Notes: generated by a model from the sequence alone, not told the origin. A stretch of DNA of 64,000 bases from an uncultured bacterium (GCA_963759775.1 CAVXAH010000001.1:38787-102786); one strand, 5' to 3'. Numbered from the stretch's first letter, positions 1 to 10,417 are shown. A program made the numbers and translations.

Positions 1-139
1 AACCATCACGATTTATAATACTCAGCCAAAAACCCAACCGCTTGTCGCAAGCACGCGCTTTGCTACCAAAAGCGGGCTCGTCTTCCGTATAAAAACGGCA
101 ATAAATGTCCCCAAAGGTAGCCCGCAAAGTCCGGGGAGT

Positions 140-862
140 GTGCAAACAACGGTATATGCCGACCGTCCTGGCGAGACCTATAACGTAGGCCCAACGACCT
201 TTGTTCTTCCTGGGCTTTCAGGGACACCGCAATACGCGCAAGTGACCGCTGTTTCAAGCGCCCCTATGCAAGGAGGAGCTTCCGGTACCGTACCTGTCGT
301 GCTTCCCGACGCGGAAGCAACTGCGCGTGCGTCCCTCAAGACCGCTCTCGCTCCGCAACTTGAGGCAGCACTTCGTGAGTCAGTCCCGGAGGGATACGTA
401 CTTCTTCCTGGTGCTGCTACAACCGTGTATACAAAGGAGTCGTCTGTTCCTTCTGAGACGACGGGAATGGTTGAAATACGAGAGAAGGGAACGATTACAG
501 GTGCGATATTCCCCGTACAGGCTCTTGCCTCTGCAATTGCAAAAAATAGCCTCTCGGGAAGATATGCCGGTGAACCGGTAACTCTCAAAACGATTGAGGG
601 ACTTGTGCTTACGGCAGAAGTGGCGCCGCACGCGACTCTCCCAAGCTACAGTTTCTCACTTGCAGGCAGCGCCACCCTCGTCTATGTGATTGATCCAGGT
701 CGTATCACCGCCGCCATTTCTGGAAAAACACGTGCCGCCGCTGAAGTAGCGCTCACCAACTACCCAGAGATAAAAAAAGCAAAACTTATCCTGCGTCCAT
801 TTTGGCGACAGAGTTTTCCCGAGGATCCCGCTTCAATTGACGTTGAAGTTGGAAAGCCTTAA
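140..862 (+). CDS. hypothetical protein (possibly C-terminal part of a larger secreted protein; may start upstream of the window)
   Basis: 240-aa ORF, no recognisable motifs, Ala/Thr/Ser/Gly-rich; followed by a hairpin terminator. Confidence 0.4.
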   Translation: MQTTVYADRPGETYNVGPTTFVLPGLSGTPQYAQVTAVSSAPMQGGASGTVPVVLPDAEATARASLKTALAPQLEAALRESVPEGYVLLPGAATTVYTKESSVPSETTGMVEIREKGTITGAIFPVQALASAIAKNSLSGRYAGEPVTLKTIEGLVLTAEVAPHATLPSYSFSLAGSATLVYVIDPGRITAAISGKTRAAAEVALTNYPEIKKAKLILRPFWRQSFPEDPASIDVEVGKP

Positions 863-887
863 GCGGTAGGGAGGGCTCAGAATTTGA

Positions 888-920
888 CCCGCCACACTTC
901 TGCAGTGTGGCGGGTTTGAC
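888..920 (+). terminator. rho-independent terminator
   Basis: cccgccacac-ttctgca-gtgtggcggg followed by tttgac. Confidence 0.6.
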
Positions 921-959
921 TCCTTTTAAAGTTTCTGCTACATTCATCTCTACATCCAC

Positions 960-1175
960 ATGGCGGAAGAAGCGGATAAAAAAACGGCAACCGGTACCGT
1001 TGAGGAGGTGTTGCCGAACTCCCTTTTTCGAGTTCGCGTCGGTGAGGAACTTATCCTCGCATATCTTGCGGGGAAGATGCGTTTAAACCGCATCAGGGTC
1101 CTCGTCGGCGATCAGGTGGAAATGGTTCTCGACCCGTATGGCGGACGAGCACGTATTGTGCGAAGACTCACATAA
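960..1175 (+). CDS. infA: translation initiation factor IF-1
   Basis: 71 aa; [14 protein letters not shown]...[13 protein letters not shown] motif typical of the IF-1 S1-like fold; position upstream of rpmJ-rpsM. Confidence 0.9.
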   Translation: MAEEADKKTATGTVEEVLPNSLFRVRVGEELILAYLAGKMRLNRIRVLVGDQVEMVLDPYGGRARIVRRLT

Positions 1176-1194
1176 AAATATTTACAAAATCAAG

Positions 1195-1311
1195 ATGAAA
1201 GTCCGCGCGTCAGTAAAAAAACAACAGCCAGGAGACATCATCGTCCGCCGCCACGGACGCTTGTATCGTATTAATAAGAAGAATCCGCGCCGTAAGATGC
1301 GTCAGGGTTAG
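1195..1311 (+). CDS. rpmJ: 50S ribosomal protein L36 (Cys-less C-minus form)
   Basis: 38-aa [12 protein letters not shown]...RRKMRQG not in the ORF track (<60 aa); canonical position between infA and rpsM; lacks the Zn-ribbon cysteines. Confidence 0.8.
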   Translation: MKVRASVKKQQPGDIIVRRHGRLYRINKKNPRRKMRQG

Positions 1312-1340
1312 TTTTTATATTTGAATTTTACTTCTTCTCT

Positions 1341-1721
1341 ATGCGTATTGCTGGTGTAACCATTCCCGATAACAAACAACTCGCGTATTCGCTGCCGCTT
1401 ATTTATGGCATCGGTCCAACTCGTGCACGTGAGATTTTGGTCAAAGCAGAGATTCCTTTCACCGCGATGGGTAAGGACCTTTCTGCAGAAAAAGAGCAGA
1501 AGCTCCGCTTGCTTGCGGAAGCGTTTACCATTGAAGGCGAACTACGTCGTGAAATCGGTCAGAATATCAAACGCCTCAAAGACATTCGCTCAGCACGAGG
1601 CATTCGCCACGAACGCGGGCTACCGGTTCGAAACCAGCGCACCAAGACCAACTCCCGTACGCGTCGCGGAAACGTCCGTAAGACTATGGGTAGCGGTCGC
1701 CGTACGCTTGAAAAGACATAA
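1341..1721 (+). CDS. rpsM: 30S ribosomal protein S13
   Basis: 126 aa, MRIAGV.IP....L..IYGIG motif, basic C-terminus. Confidence 0.95.
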   Translation: MRIAGVTIPDNKQLAYSLPLIYGIGPTRAREILVKAEIPFTAMGKDLSAEKEQKLRLLAEAFTIEGELRREIGQNIKRLKDIRSARGIRHERGLPVRNQRTKTNSRTRRGNVRKTMGSGRRTLEKT

Positions 1722-1724
1722 AAT

Positions 1725-2159
1725 ATGGGAAAAAAACGCATCATTAAGAAGAGCGGACGCGGTCTTGACCAAGGACGCAAAGAACGCGCACTCGCAAAGG
1801 TTTCTAAAAAGCATCTTGAAAAGGGCGTGCTTCACATTGAAGCAACGTTTAACAATACAAAGGCTGTGCTCACCGATGAGACGGGAAACGCAATCGTCTC
1901 GTCTTCCGCAGGAGCTCTCGGCTTCTCAGGCGCTCGTAAGTCAACTCCCTACGCGGCTGCGAAAGTAGGTGAACTTATCGGTGAGAAGGGCGCAATGATT
2001 GGTCTTAAAGAAGCGGTTGTCATCATCCGCGGAGTCGGTGCTGGCCGCGAGTCTGCTCTTCGCGCGTTTGCCAGCAAGGGTATACAGATTAAAAGCATCA
2101 AGGATGCGACCCCTGTGCCACACAATGGTCCGCGCCCACCTAAACCCCGCCGTATATAA
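1725..2159 (+). CDS. rpsK: 30S ribosomal protein S11
   Basis: HIEATFNNT...SSAG..GF.GARKSTP...TPVPHNGPRPPK motifs. Confidence 0.95.
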   Translation: MGKKRIIKKSGRGLDQGRKERALAKVSKKHLEKGVLHIEATFNNTKAVLTDETGNAIVSSSAGALGFSGARKSTPYAAAKVGELIGEKGAMIGLKEAVVIIRGVGAGRESALRAFASKGIQIKSIKDATPVPHNGPRPPKPRRI

Positions 2160-2162
2160 CCT

Positions 2163-2777
2163 ATGAAAACTGGACCTCGATATAAAATTGCAAAGCGACT
2201 TGGTGTAAGTGTCTTTGAAAAGGCACAGACACAGAAGTTTGCTGTTTCTGAAGCCAGGAGCGCTAAGAATAAGAAGGGTGGCGGACGCCGTGGCCGAAGC
2301 GAGTTCGGTCGCCAAATGCTTGAGAAGCAGAAGGTACGCGTGACTTACGGCGTTACCGAGCGTCAGTTCAGAAACTACGTCCGTGAAGCTCTTACCGCTG
2401 CCGGCACAAACCCAACCGACAGGCTTCATGAGTTCCTTGAACTTCGTTTCGATAACGTGGCGTATCGCCTCGGTCTTGCGCCAACGCGCCGAGCGGCACG
2501 CCAGATGGTTGCGCACGGACACCTCATGGTAAATGGAAAGAAGGTACGCGTTCCAAGCCATCGTGTGTACGTCGCGGACCGCATTGCGATCCGTGAGGGA
2601 AGCAGACCGCATGCATTTTTGACGAATTTCAACGAGAAGTTCCTAGAGCGGCCATTGCCGTCTTGGCTCTCGTGGAATCCGAAAGATATGGAAGGCGGGG
2701 TTGCTGAGCGTCCTACCCAAGCCGTGGTAGGGACCGCAGGGGATCTTTCGGCAGTGCTGTCTTTTTACACACGTTAA
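2163..2777 (+). CDS. rpsD: 30S ribosomal protein S4
   Basis: 204 aa, PRYKIAKRLG N-terminus, S4 domain; operon position. Confidence 0.95.
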   Translation: MKTGPRYKIAKRLGVSVFEKAQTQKFAVSEARSAKNKKGGGRRGRSEFGRQMLEKQKVRVTYGVTERQFRNYVREALTAAGTNPTDRLHEFLELRFDNVAYRLGLAPTRRAARQMVAHGHLMVNGKKVRVPSHRVYVADRIAIREGSRPHAFLTNFNEKFLERPLPSWLSWNPKDMEGGVAERPTQAVVGTAGDLSAVLSFYTR

Positions 2778-2799
2778 TAATTAGGTAACTGATTGAGTT

Positions 2800-3744
2800 A
2801 TGGAATACCACATCACACTTCCGAGTAAGCCGCGCGTTGTTTCAGAGGAAAATGTTTCAGGAACATACGAAATTGATTCACTGTATCCGGGCTACGGCCA
2901 TACACTTGGCAACTCGCTTCGCCGCATTATCCTCTCTTCGCTTCCAGGCGCCGCAGTAACCCAGGTCAAAATTGAAGGTGTTTCGCACGAATTTGCCACC
3001 ATGGAAGGCGTTCGTGAGAGCGTCATGGAGCTTTTGCTTAACCTGAAGCGTGTCCACTTCGTCCTACACGGAGATGAGCCACAAACCATTCGCCTCACCG
3101 CGAAGGGTTCAAAGGAAGTAACCGCAAAAGATTTTACGCTCCCAAGCCAAGTAGAAATCACCAATCCCGATCAGCACGTCGCTGATCTCTCAGGAAAGGT
3201 AGCGCTTGAGCTTGAGGCAACTATTGAGCGCGGCATTGGCTACGTGCCACGCGAAGTGCTCACGAAAGATAAGGTAGACATTGGCACGATTGCACTGGAC
3301 GCCGCTTTTACACCTATCAGGCGCTGTAACTACGAAGTAGAAAACATGCGCGTCGGAGACCGCACCGACTTTAACCGTTTGCGCATTCTTATTGAGACCA
3401 ACGGAACCATCGCACCACGTGTGGCACTTGAGCGCGCTATTGAGACAATGATTCACCAGCTCTCAGCCGTCATCGGTTTCCAGGAACTTGCCGCGGTGTC
3501 GGAAGAGGAGGGTGCTGATTCAGCTATGGGAGGCGAGAAGGATGGAGCGAAGATGAAAATCTCTGACCTCGGCCTCTCAACTCGCGTTACTACTTCTCTT
3601 GAGGAAGCAGGCATCAAGTCTGCAGCTGGTCTCGCACGCAAAACCGCAAGCTCGCTCAAGGAGCTTGATGGCATTGGCGACAAAGCAATTACTGAGATTG
3701 GAACCGCGCTCGCCAAAGTGGGTCTTGCGCTCAAGGGCGAATAA
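2800..3744 (+). CDS. rpoA: DNA-directed RNA polymerase subunit alpha
   Basis: 314 aa; N-terminal GHTLGNSLRR motif, C-terminal alpha-CTD; follows rpsD. Confidence 0.95.
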   Translation: MEYHITLPSKPRVVSEENVSGTYEIDSLYPGYGHTLGNSLRRIILSSLPGAAVTQVKIEGVSHEFATMEGVRESVMELLLNLKRVHFVLHGDEPQTIRLTAKGSKEVTAKDFTLPSQVEITNPDQHVADLSGKVALELEATIERGIGYVPREVLTKDKVDIGTIALDAAFTPIRRCNYEVENMRVGDRTDFNRLRILIETNGTIAPRVALERAIETMIHQLSAVIGFQELAAVSEEEGADSAMGGEKDGAKMKISDLGLSTRVTTSLEEAGIKSAAGLARKTASSLKELDGIGDKAITEIGTALAKVGLALKGE

Positions 3745-3749
3745 TCACC

Positions 3750-4104
3750 ATGAGTTCCCGAAACAAAACACGCTCATTCAACCGCCCCGCAAACCAACGC
3801 CGGGCACTCATCCGCTCCTTGGCGCGCTCTCTTATCATGCACGAGCGTATCTCAACCACGGAAATGAAGGCCAAAGAGCTTCGTCCGTATATTGAACGTC
3901 TCGTCACCTACGGCAAAAAGGGCACCCTCGCATCACGCCGTCTTGCTATCGCGAGCCTCCATGACGCCAGCTGCGGTTAAGAAGCTTTTCGGAGCAATCG
4001 CGCCTCGCTATAAGGAGCGCGCGGGTGGGTACACGCGCGTTGTGAAGCGTGCTCATCGCGGCTCAAACGACGCCCGCAAGCTTGCCTACATCCTGTTCGT
4101 ATAA
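3750..4104 (+). CDS. rplQ: 50S ribosomal protein L17, interrupted by an apparent single-nt frameshift near 3961-3975
   Basis: N-terminal 76 aa in frame 0 (to a stop at 3980) and C-terminal ...[26 protein letters not shown]... in frame +1 (to 4104); together a full-length L17. Confidence 0.8.
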
Positions 4105-4118
4105 TAACTAGCTACTTG

Positions 4119-4131
4119 CCCCGTTAGAGGC
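4119..4131. repeat. solo copy of the CCCCGTTAGAGGC terminal-repeat motif (family A) between rplQ and rplM
   Basis: 13-nt identity with the left end of the 55758-55876 element; no partner within 150 bp. Confidence 0.4.
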
Positions 4132-4147
4132 TCCACGATATAACCCT

Positions 4148-4549
4148 ATGACATCAACCATGACATCAACCCCAAAAACCAAAGCCTCTAATGGGGTGCA
4201 AGAAACGAGCTTCACCATTGACGCAACGAACCGCACACTTGGCCGTGTGGCAAGCGAGGCGGCGCATGCGCTTCTTGGGAAGCGTTCCGTGCACTTCGCA
4301 AAGCATATTCCACTTCCCGTGAACGTCACAATAGAAAACGTCGCCAAGCTCCACCTCCCCGAGCGCCGCACAAAAGGAAAGGTGTACCTCTACTACACCG
4401 GTTATCCAGGCGGCCAGAGGGCAGTACGCATGGACGAATTCATCGCTAAGAAGGGCATTGAAGAAGCTGTTCGTAAAACGGTAGATGGCATGATTCCTCG
4501 TAACAAGCTCCGCCGCGAGCGCATGAAGCGCCTTACGGTCACCAAATAA
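4148..4549 (+). CDS. rplM: 50S ribosomal protein L13
   Basis: 133 aa, L13 core similarity (NRTLGRVASE..., RMIPRNKL). Confidence 0.9.
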   Translation: MTSTMTSTPKTKASNGVQETSFTIDATNRTLGRVASEAAHALLGKRSVHFAKHIPLPVNVTIENVAKLHLPERRTKGKVYLYYTGYPGGQRAVRMDEFIAKKGIEEAVRKTVDGMIPRNKLRRERMKRLTVTK

Positions 4550-4550
4550 T

Positions 4551-4949
4551 ATGTCTACTTCTCATTTCATTACTGCCGTTGGTCGCCGCAAAACTGCGGT
4601 TGCAACGGTCCGTGTCACCAAGGCCGCCAAAGCTAGCGTGGTAGTAAACGGCAAGACTCCGAAGGAATATTTCAAGACTGATGAGCGTGCAAAAGTTGCT
4701 GAGGAAGCACTTGGAGGTGCAGAGAGTGCTGAACACTATGCAGTCGTTGCCCGTGTTCACGGTGGCGGTATCGCCGCTCAGGCAGGCGCACTTCGTCACG
4801 CTATTGCTCGAGCAATCATTGAGGCAGAGCCAAACACTCGCGCAAAACTGAAAAGCATTGGTTTCCTTACCCGCGACTCACGCGCAAAGGAGCGCAAGAA
4901 GCCAGGTCTCAAGAAGGCGAGAAAAGCCCCTCAGTGGTCAAAGCGATAG
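4551..4949 (+). CDS. rpsI: 30S ribosomal protein S9
   Basis: 132 aa, GRRKTAVA N-terminus, basic KKPGLKKARKAPQ.SKR C-terminus. Confidence 0.95.
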   Translation: MSTSHFITAVGRRKTAVATVRVTKAAKASVVVNGKTPKEYFKTDERAKVAEEALGGAESAEHYAVVARVHGGGIAAQAGALRHAIARAIIEAEPNTRAKLKSIGFLTRDSRAKERKKPGLKKARKAPQWSKR

Positions 4950-4958
4950 AAAAACCAA

Positions 4959-4990
4959 AAGAACGTCCGCAAAATGCGGACGTTCTTTAT
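4959..4990 (+). terminator. rho-independent terminator after rpsI
   Basis: gaacgtccgc-aaaat-gcggacgttc followed by tttat. Confidence 0.7.
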
Positions 4991-4992
4991 AA

Positions 4993-5022
4993 TTGACAGC
5001 GCGCTTGTGGCGCGTTTATAGT
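4993..5022 (+). promoter_or_regulatory. sigma70-like promoter (TTGACA-17-TATAGT) with a GC palindrome in the spacer
   Basis: ttgaca gcgcgcttgtggcgcgt ttatagt, then the RBS aaaggag ahead of the 5082 ORF. Confidence 0.5.
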
Positions 5023-5081
5023 GCAGACAGAGGTAGAGCACATTTTGTGGTAAACCAACCCAAACCAAAAGGAGCCCGACA

Positions 5082-5741
5082 ATGCACAAGCAGATAGGTA
5101 TGGCCTTCATGGCCATGTTTTTTGTTTCGGGGGTGGCATTTGCGGAGGACGAACAGTCCAAAGCACCTACCCTAAAGTCCTGCCAGGTTGCCAACAAGGA
5201 CAGTCGGTTGTGCCTGTTGCACGTTGACTATGGCCGGCCGCTTCAGCAGATGGTGATTGACGGCATGTTCAAGACTGTGGAAGAGCAAATCGACCTACAG
5301 AAATGGTCGGTCGTGCTGGAACCGGAAGCTCCAAGATTGGTTGCTGTCGGGATTCTTCGGCTTACGGCGAAGGGTATGGAGTCACTTTCCATCGATGGGC
5401 AAGGCATCTCCTCCACGATAGTGAGGGACTGGATGGCCGCCCATCGCTTACGTCCGGCAAATTTGCACGAACTGCTTGCTTTCCGTCTCGCCGGATCGGC
5501 ATGGGACCCTGAGCCATATTCGTGGCTTGTGGCACTTGGATTTGTCGCCACCCTAAATGGCGCCGACTACGTGCCACTGATTGATCTTGCTGAGGGTGGT
5601 TGGCAGCTCATTTTGTCGGAAGATGATTATTGGGACCCCGATACTCGGTTCCTCGCCGTTCTTGAAGATCAGCGGACGCCAGGCGACGTGATTCGTGAAC
5701 AGCTCCGGAAAACGCTGGACTCAGAAGTTTCTACGAGGTAA
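5082..5741 (+). CDS. hypothetical secreted protein (signal peptide)
   Basis: 219 aa; N-terminal hydrophobic signal-like segment MAFMAMFFVSGVAFA; strong RBS; no known domain recognised. Confidence 0.5.
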   Translation: MHKQIGMAFMAMFFVSGVAFAEDEQSKAPTLKSCQVANKDSRLCLLHVDYGRPLQQMVIDGMFKTVEEQIDLQKWSVVLEPEAPRLVAVGILRLTAKGMESLSIDGQGISSTIVRDWMAAHRLRPANLHELLAFRLAGSAWDPEPYSWLVALGFVATLNGADYVPLIDLAEGGWQLILSEDDYWDPDTRFLAVLEDQRTPGDVIREQLRKTLDSEVSTR

Positions 5742-5765
5742 TTTCGTTCTTCGTTTCATCCCAAA

Positions 5766-5798
5766 GACCCAGCACTTACGCTGGGTCTTTTATTTTTG
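5766..5798 (+). terminator. rho-independent terminator
   Basis: agacccagc-acttac-gctgggtct followed by tttattttt. Confidence 0.7.
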
Positions 5799-5822
5799 AC
5801 TCCAGACTTTCTTTCAGGCATA

Positions 5823-5871
5823 CCCCGTATAAGAACTTTCTATAAAACTTGAAAAAAGTTTCTATACGGGG
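5823..5871. promoter_or_regulatory. inverted repeat CCCCGTATA-N31-TATACGGGG with nested AT-rich hairpin, 15 nt upstream of grpE; candidate heat-shock operator
   Basis: 9-bp perfect arms; internal aaactt-gaaaa-aagttt hairpin and a TTTCTATA direct repeat; not CIRCE or HAIR consensus. Confidence 0.4.
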
Positions 5872-5885
5872 CATAGTGGAGACCA

Positions 5886-6444
5886 ATGAGTGATAATGAT
5901 GATGTACATATTGAATCCGATGACGCTGAAAGCGGTGCGAGCGAGTCTGAAATAGCCGAGAATGAGTCGCGTGCCGAAACAAAGCTCGGGAAGCTCCACG
6001 CAGAACTTGATGCGTGCAAGAAAGAGAAACAGGAGTACCTGGACGGCTGGCAGCGCTCAAAGGCAGACTATGTAAATGCGTTGAAACGTTCTGAGGGCGA
6101 TTTAAAAACGGCCCGGTCAGTGGGGCTTATGAAGGCTGTAGAAGCCCTTCTCCCTGCGTATGACGCTCTTGGGCGCGCGACCGGGCACGGCGAAGTACCT
6201 GCTGGTTTTCAGGCTATTGCTAAGCAACTAGAAAGTTCCTTCGCTACGCTCTGGGCTCACGGAGGTGGGGAAGGTCGGTGAGAAGTTTGACCCTCTGATT
6301 CACGAGGCCCTGGGACAGGATCCCGTAGACTCAGAAAACAAGGATGACACGGTCACGGCAGTTCTTGAGACAGGTTGGAAGATTCAAGATACAATCATCC
6401 GACCAGCAAAAGTGCGCGTCGGGCGTTTTCAGGAAAATAAATAG
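5886..6444 (+). CDS. grpE: nucleotide exchange factor GrpE, with apparent +1 frameshift near 6273
   Basis: N-terminal 131 aa in frame 0, GrpE C-terminus (GEKFDPLIHEAL...VRVGRF) in frame +1; an extra g in the aagg run restores one ORF. Confidence 0.85.
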
Positions 6445-6490
6445 TTGCATTTGTTTTCCTTTTTTTGTATTTTTTATTATCTTACTATAA

Positions 6491-8388
<1,898 letters not shown>

Positions 8389-8396
8389 AAGTTTAA

Positions 8397-8432
8397 ACCG
8401 CGCGAGAGCTATCTCGCGCGGTTTCTTTTTGC
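8397..8432 (+). terminator. rho-independent terminator after dnaK
   Basis: ccgcgcgag-agctat-ctcgcgcgg followed by tttcttttt. Confidence 0.7.
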
Positions 8433-8459
8433 ATTGCTAAAAGCACAGGAGTATAATCG
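8431..8459 (+). promoter_or_regulatory. sigma70-like promoter for dnaJ (TTGCAT-17-TATAAT)
   Basis: ttgcat tgctaaaagcacaggag tataat, immediately upstream of dnaJ. Confidence 0.5.
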
Positions 8460-8465
8460 GTTCCA

Positions 8466-9554
8466 ATGGCTAAGGACTACTACTCAGTGCTGGGAGTTGA
8501 TAAGAAGGCAAGTACGGACGATATTAAGAAGGCGTTCCGCAAACTTGCTCACAAATACCATCCGGACAAGGGCGACGGGGACGAAGCGAAATTTAAAGAA
8601 GTAACGGAGGCGTACAGCGTCCTTGCGGACGAAAAGAAGCGTCGCGAATACGACACGTACGGTCAGGCATTTGCGGGTGGAGGAAGACGCGGTGGCGCTC
8701 CCGATTTTGGTGGTTTTGATTTTAGCCAGTTCCAACAGGGGTTCGGTAACGGTGGCGTGGAGTTTGACTTCGGAGACGTGTTTGAAGGATTTGGGGACAT
8801 TTTTGGTGGCGGGCGCCGCAGCAACCGCGCGAAGCGCGGTCGTGATATTTCTATTGACCTTGAAGTCACCTTCAAAGAATCCATTTACGGTACGAAGCGC
8901 ACTGTTTTGATAGCGAAAATTGCGACTTGCACCTCCTGCGCAGGCACCGGAGCCAAGTCTGAAACAGAAATGGAGACCTGCAAAACTTGCAATGGTTCAG
9001 GTCGTGTCCACGAGGCAAGGAATTCTATTCTCGGCCAGTTCACGAGCGTGCGCACCTGCGTTATGTGCGACGGGCTCGGAAAGATACCGAAAGAGAAATG
9101 CGCGGAGTGCAAAGGTCATGGCGTTCATCGCAAAGAAGAGGAAATTCAGGTGATGATCCCCGCTGGTCTTGAAAACGGCGAAATGATTCGTCTGCCTGCG
9201 CAAGGCGAAGCAGTGAAGGGCGGTTCTGCCGGTGACCTTTATGTAAAAGTGCATGTTGCGCCACACCCTACGTTTAGAAAGGACGGCAGCAACCTCGTTA
9301 TGGAGCTTCCCGTGAAGCTTACCGACGCGCTCCTTGGGAGCACGGTCTCTATTGAGACACTTGAAGGTAAAACACTTGAGGTGAAGATTCCACAAATGCA
9401 GCGCGCCGAAGAAATACTCCGTGTGAAAGGGAAGGGTGTGTCGTATGAAAACGGACGCGGCGACTTGCTTATCCACGTGCACGCTGCACTCCCGCACAAG
9501 CTCTCCGGTAAAGCGAAGAAGGCGGTAGAGGACCTGAAAGCAGAAGGACTCTAG
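8466..9554 (+). CDS. dnaJ: chaperone DnaJ
   Basis: J-domain with HPD (KYHPDK), G/F-rich linker, four CxxCxGxG zinc-finger repeats, C-terminal domains. Confidence 0.95.
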   Translation: MAKDYYSVLGVDKKASTDDIKKAFRKLAHKYHPDKGDGDEAKFKEVTEAYSVLADEKKRREYDTYGQAFAGGGRRGGAPDFGGFDFSQFQQGFGNGGVEFDFGDVFEGFGDIFGGGRRSNRAKRGRDISIDLEVTFKESIYGTKRTVLIAKIATCTSCAGTGAKSETEMETCKTCNGSGRVHEARNSILGQFTSVRTCVMCDGLGKIPKEKCAECKGHGVHRKEEEIQVMIPAGLENGEMIRLPAQGEAVKGGSAGDLYVKVHVAPHPTFRKDGSNLVMELPVKLTDALLGSTVSIETLEGKTLEVKIPQMQRAEEILRVKGKGVSYENGRGDLLIHVHAALPHKLSGKAKKAVEDLKAEGL

Positions 9555-9701
9555 AACCCATTTCAAAATTTCGACACGAGCGGGGCACTGTCTCCGAGGG
9601 GGTCGCGAAGTACGACGGTGCGAGCGTTTCAGGCGTTTTTTGAGCACAAAAATGCCGTACCCGAGAAGGCAGTATCCCGTGAGTGGGTTTTGAAATGGGT
9701 T
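9555..9701. repeat. about 147-bp intergenic element with 14-bp terminal inverted repeat AACCCATTTCAAAA (family D, copy 1)
   Basis: about 85% identical to 51107-51246; internal conserved hairpin ggcgtttttt-gagcac-aaaaa(a)cgcc with a G-U compatible substitution. Confidence 0.7.
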
Positions 9702-9737
9702 CTAAAAGCCGCACCCGCGGTGAGTTAGAATATATGC

Positions 9738-10259
9738 ATGACCGCAGCTGATGGTTTGGCAGAAGTAAACACACTTGCCACCGAAACGGCACTTTCCGCA
9801 TGGGCCTGGGCCGGCGATTTTTTGATAGTCATTATTGTCTTCTCGCTCTTTTTCGTGTTTGCGTGGTACGCCGGGAGAGGACCCTTTGTTGCGCTTCTCT
9901 TGTCCTTGTACGGCGCGTACGCGGTGTACGTCGTATTTCCTTATATGTCGCTCTTACCAAGCGCGCCAGCCTCCACCGCGCTTGCGGCAAATATCGGACT
10001 CTATGCGGCATTTACGCTCGTGATCTACCTCATTTTGCGTCGCGTCATCGTATCTGATTTTCTTTTTATCGGAGTCATCGGAATTATTATCCTTGCCTTG
10101 CTTGGTGCCTGCTTCGTACTCGCACTCGCGCACCATGTATTTCCCGTAGAGAGTGTATACACGTTCACCCCTGCCGTTGATGCCTTGTTCGCGGCAAAAG
10201 AGTGGTTCTTCTGGTGGTTCATTGCTCCACTCGTCGGCCTTCTTTTCCTCGCTCATTAG
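9738..10259 (+). CDS. hypothetical integral membrane protein
   Basis: 173 aa, 4-5 hydrophobic helices, no known motif. Confidence 0.5.
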   Translation: MTAADGLAEVNTLATETALSAWAWAGDFLIVIIVFSLFFVFAWYAGRGPFVALLLSLYGAYAVYVVFPYMSLLPSAPASTALAANIGLYAAFTLVIYLILRRVIVSDFLFIGVIGIIILALLGACFVLALAHHVFPVESVYTFTPAVDALFAAKEWFFWWFIAPLVGLLFLAH

Positions 10260-10302
10260 TCAGCCCGCCTCTTGTGCTCCGTGGTATATTTTTGTCATGA
10301 AT

Positions 10303-10417
10303 CCCGTTAGAAATCGCGGACGCCGTCGAAGCCGTAAAGCGGGTTTTTTTACTAACCTTAATCGGATAGGGTTCGGTCGTGCAGTTACCTGCGTGTCCGC
10401 GTCCTATTTCTAACGGG
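10303..10417. repeat. MITE-like element (family A), TIR CCCGTTAGAAAT / ATTTCTAACGGG, abutting the tyrS ATG
   Basis: 12-bp perfect TIR extended by a covarying stem (atcgcggacgc / gcgtgtccgcg); internal TAATCGGATAGGG core shared, in inverted orientation, with 49096-49198. Confidence 0.7.

Noticed and set aside
1405-2612. Long ORFs on alternative or opposite frames over rpsM/rpsK/rpsD (1405-1968 +, 1941-2612 -) and similar shadow ORFs over dnaK, dnaJ, scpB, dacA, cyclase, FecR, ctpA, mreB/mreC, rseP (for example 7638-8195, 8997-9647, 20868-21494, 31865-33022, 33621-34226, 34220-35056, 55896-57026, 60497-61774)
   Set aside because: They overlap strongly supported conserved genes in another frame, have no RBS or homology signal, and are the expected stop-codon-poor shadows of GC-rich coding DNA.
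10379-10417. N-terminal extension of TyrRS from the ORF-track start at 10379 (MQLPACPRPISNG...)
   Set aside because: The extension is encoded by the right TIR of the family A element, and the conserved TyrRS N-terminus begins at MNIAEDLKARGL (10418).
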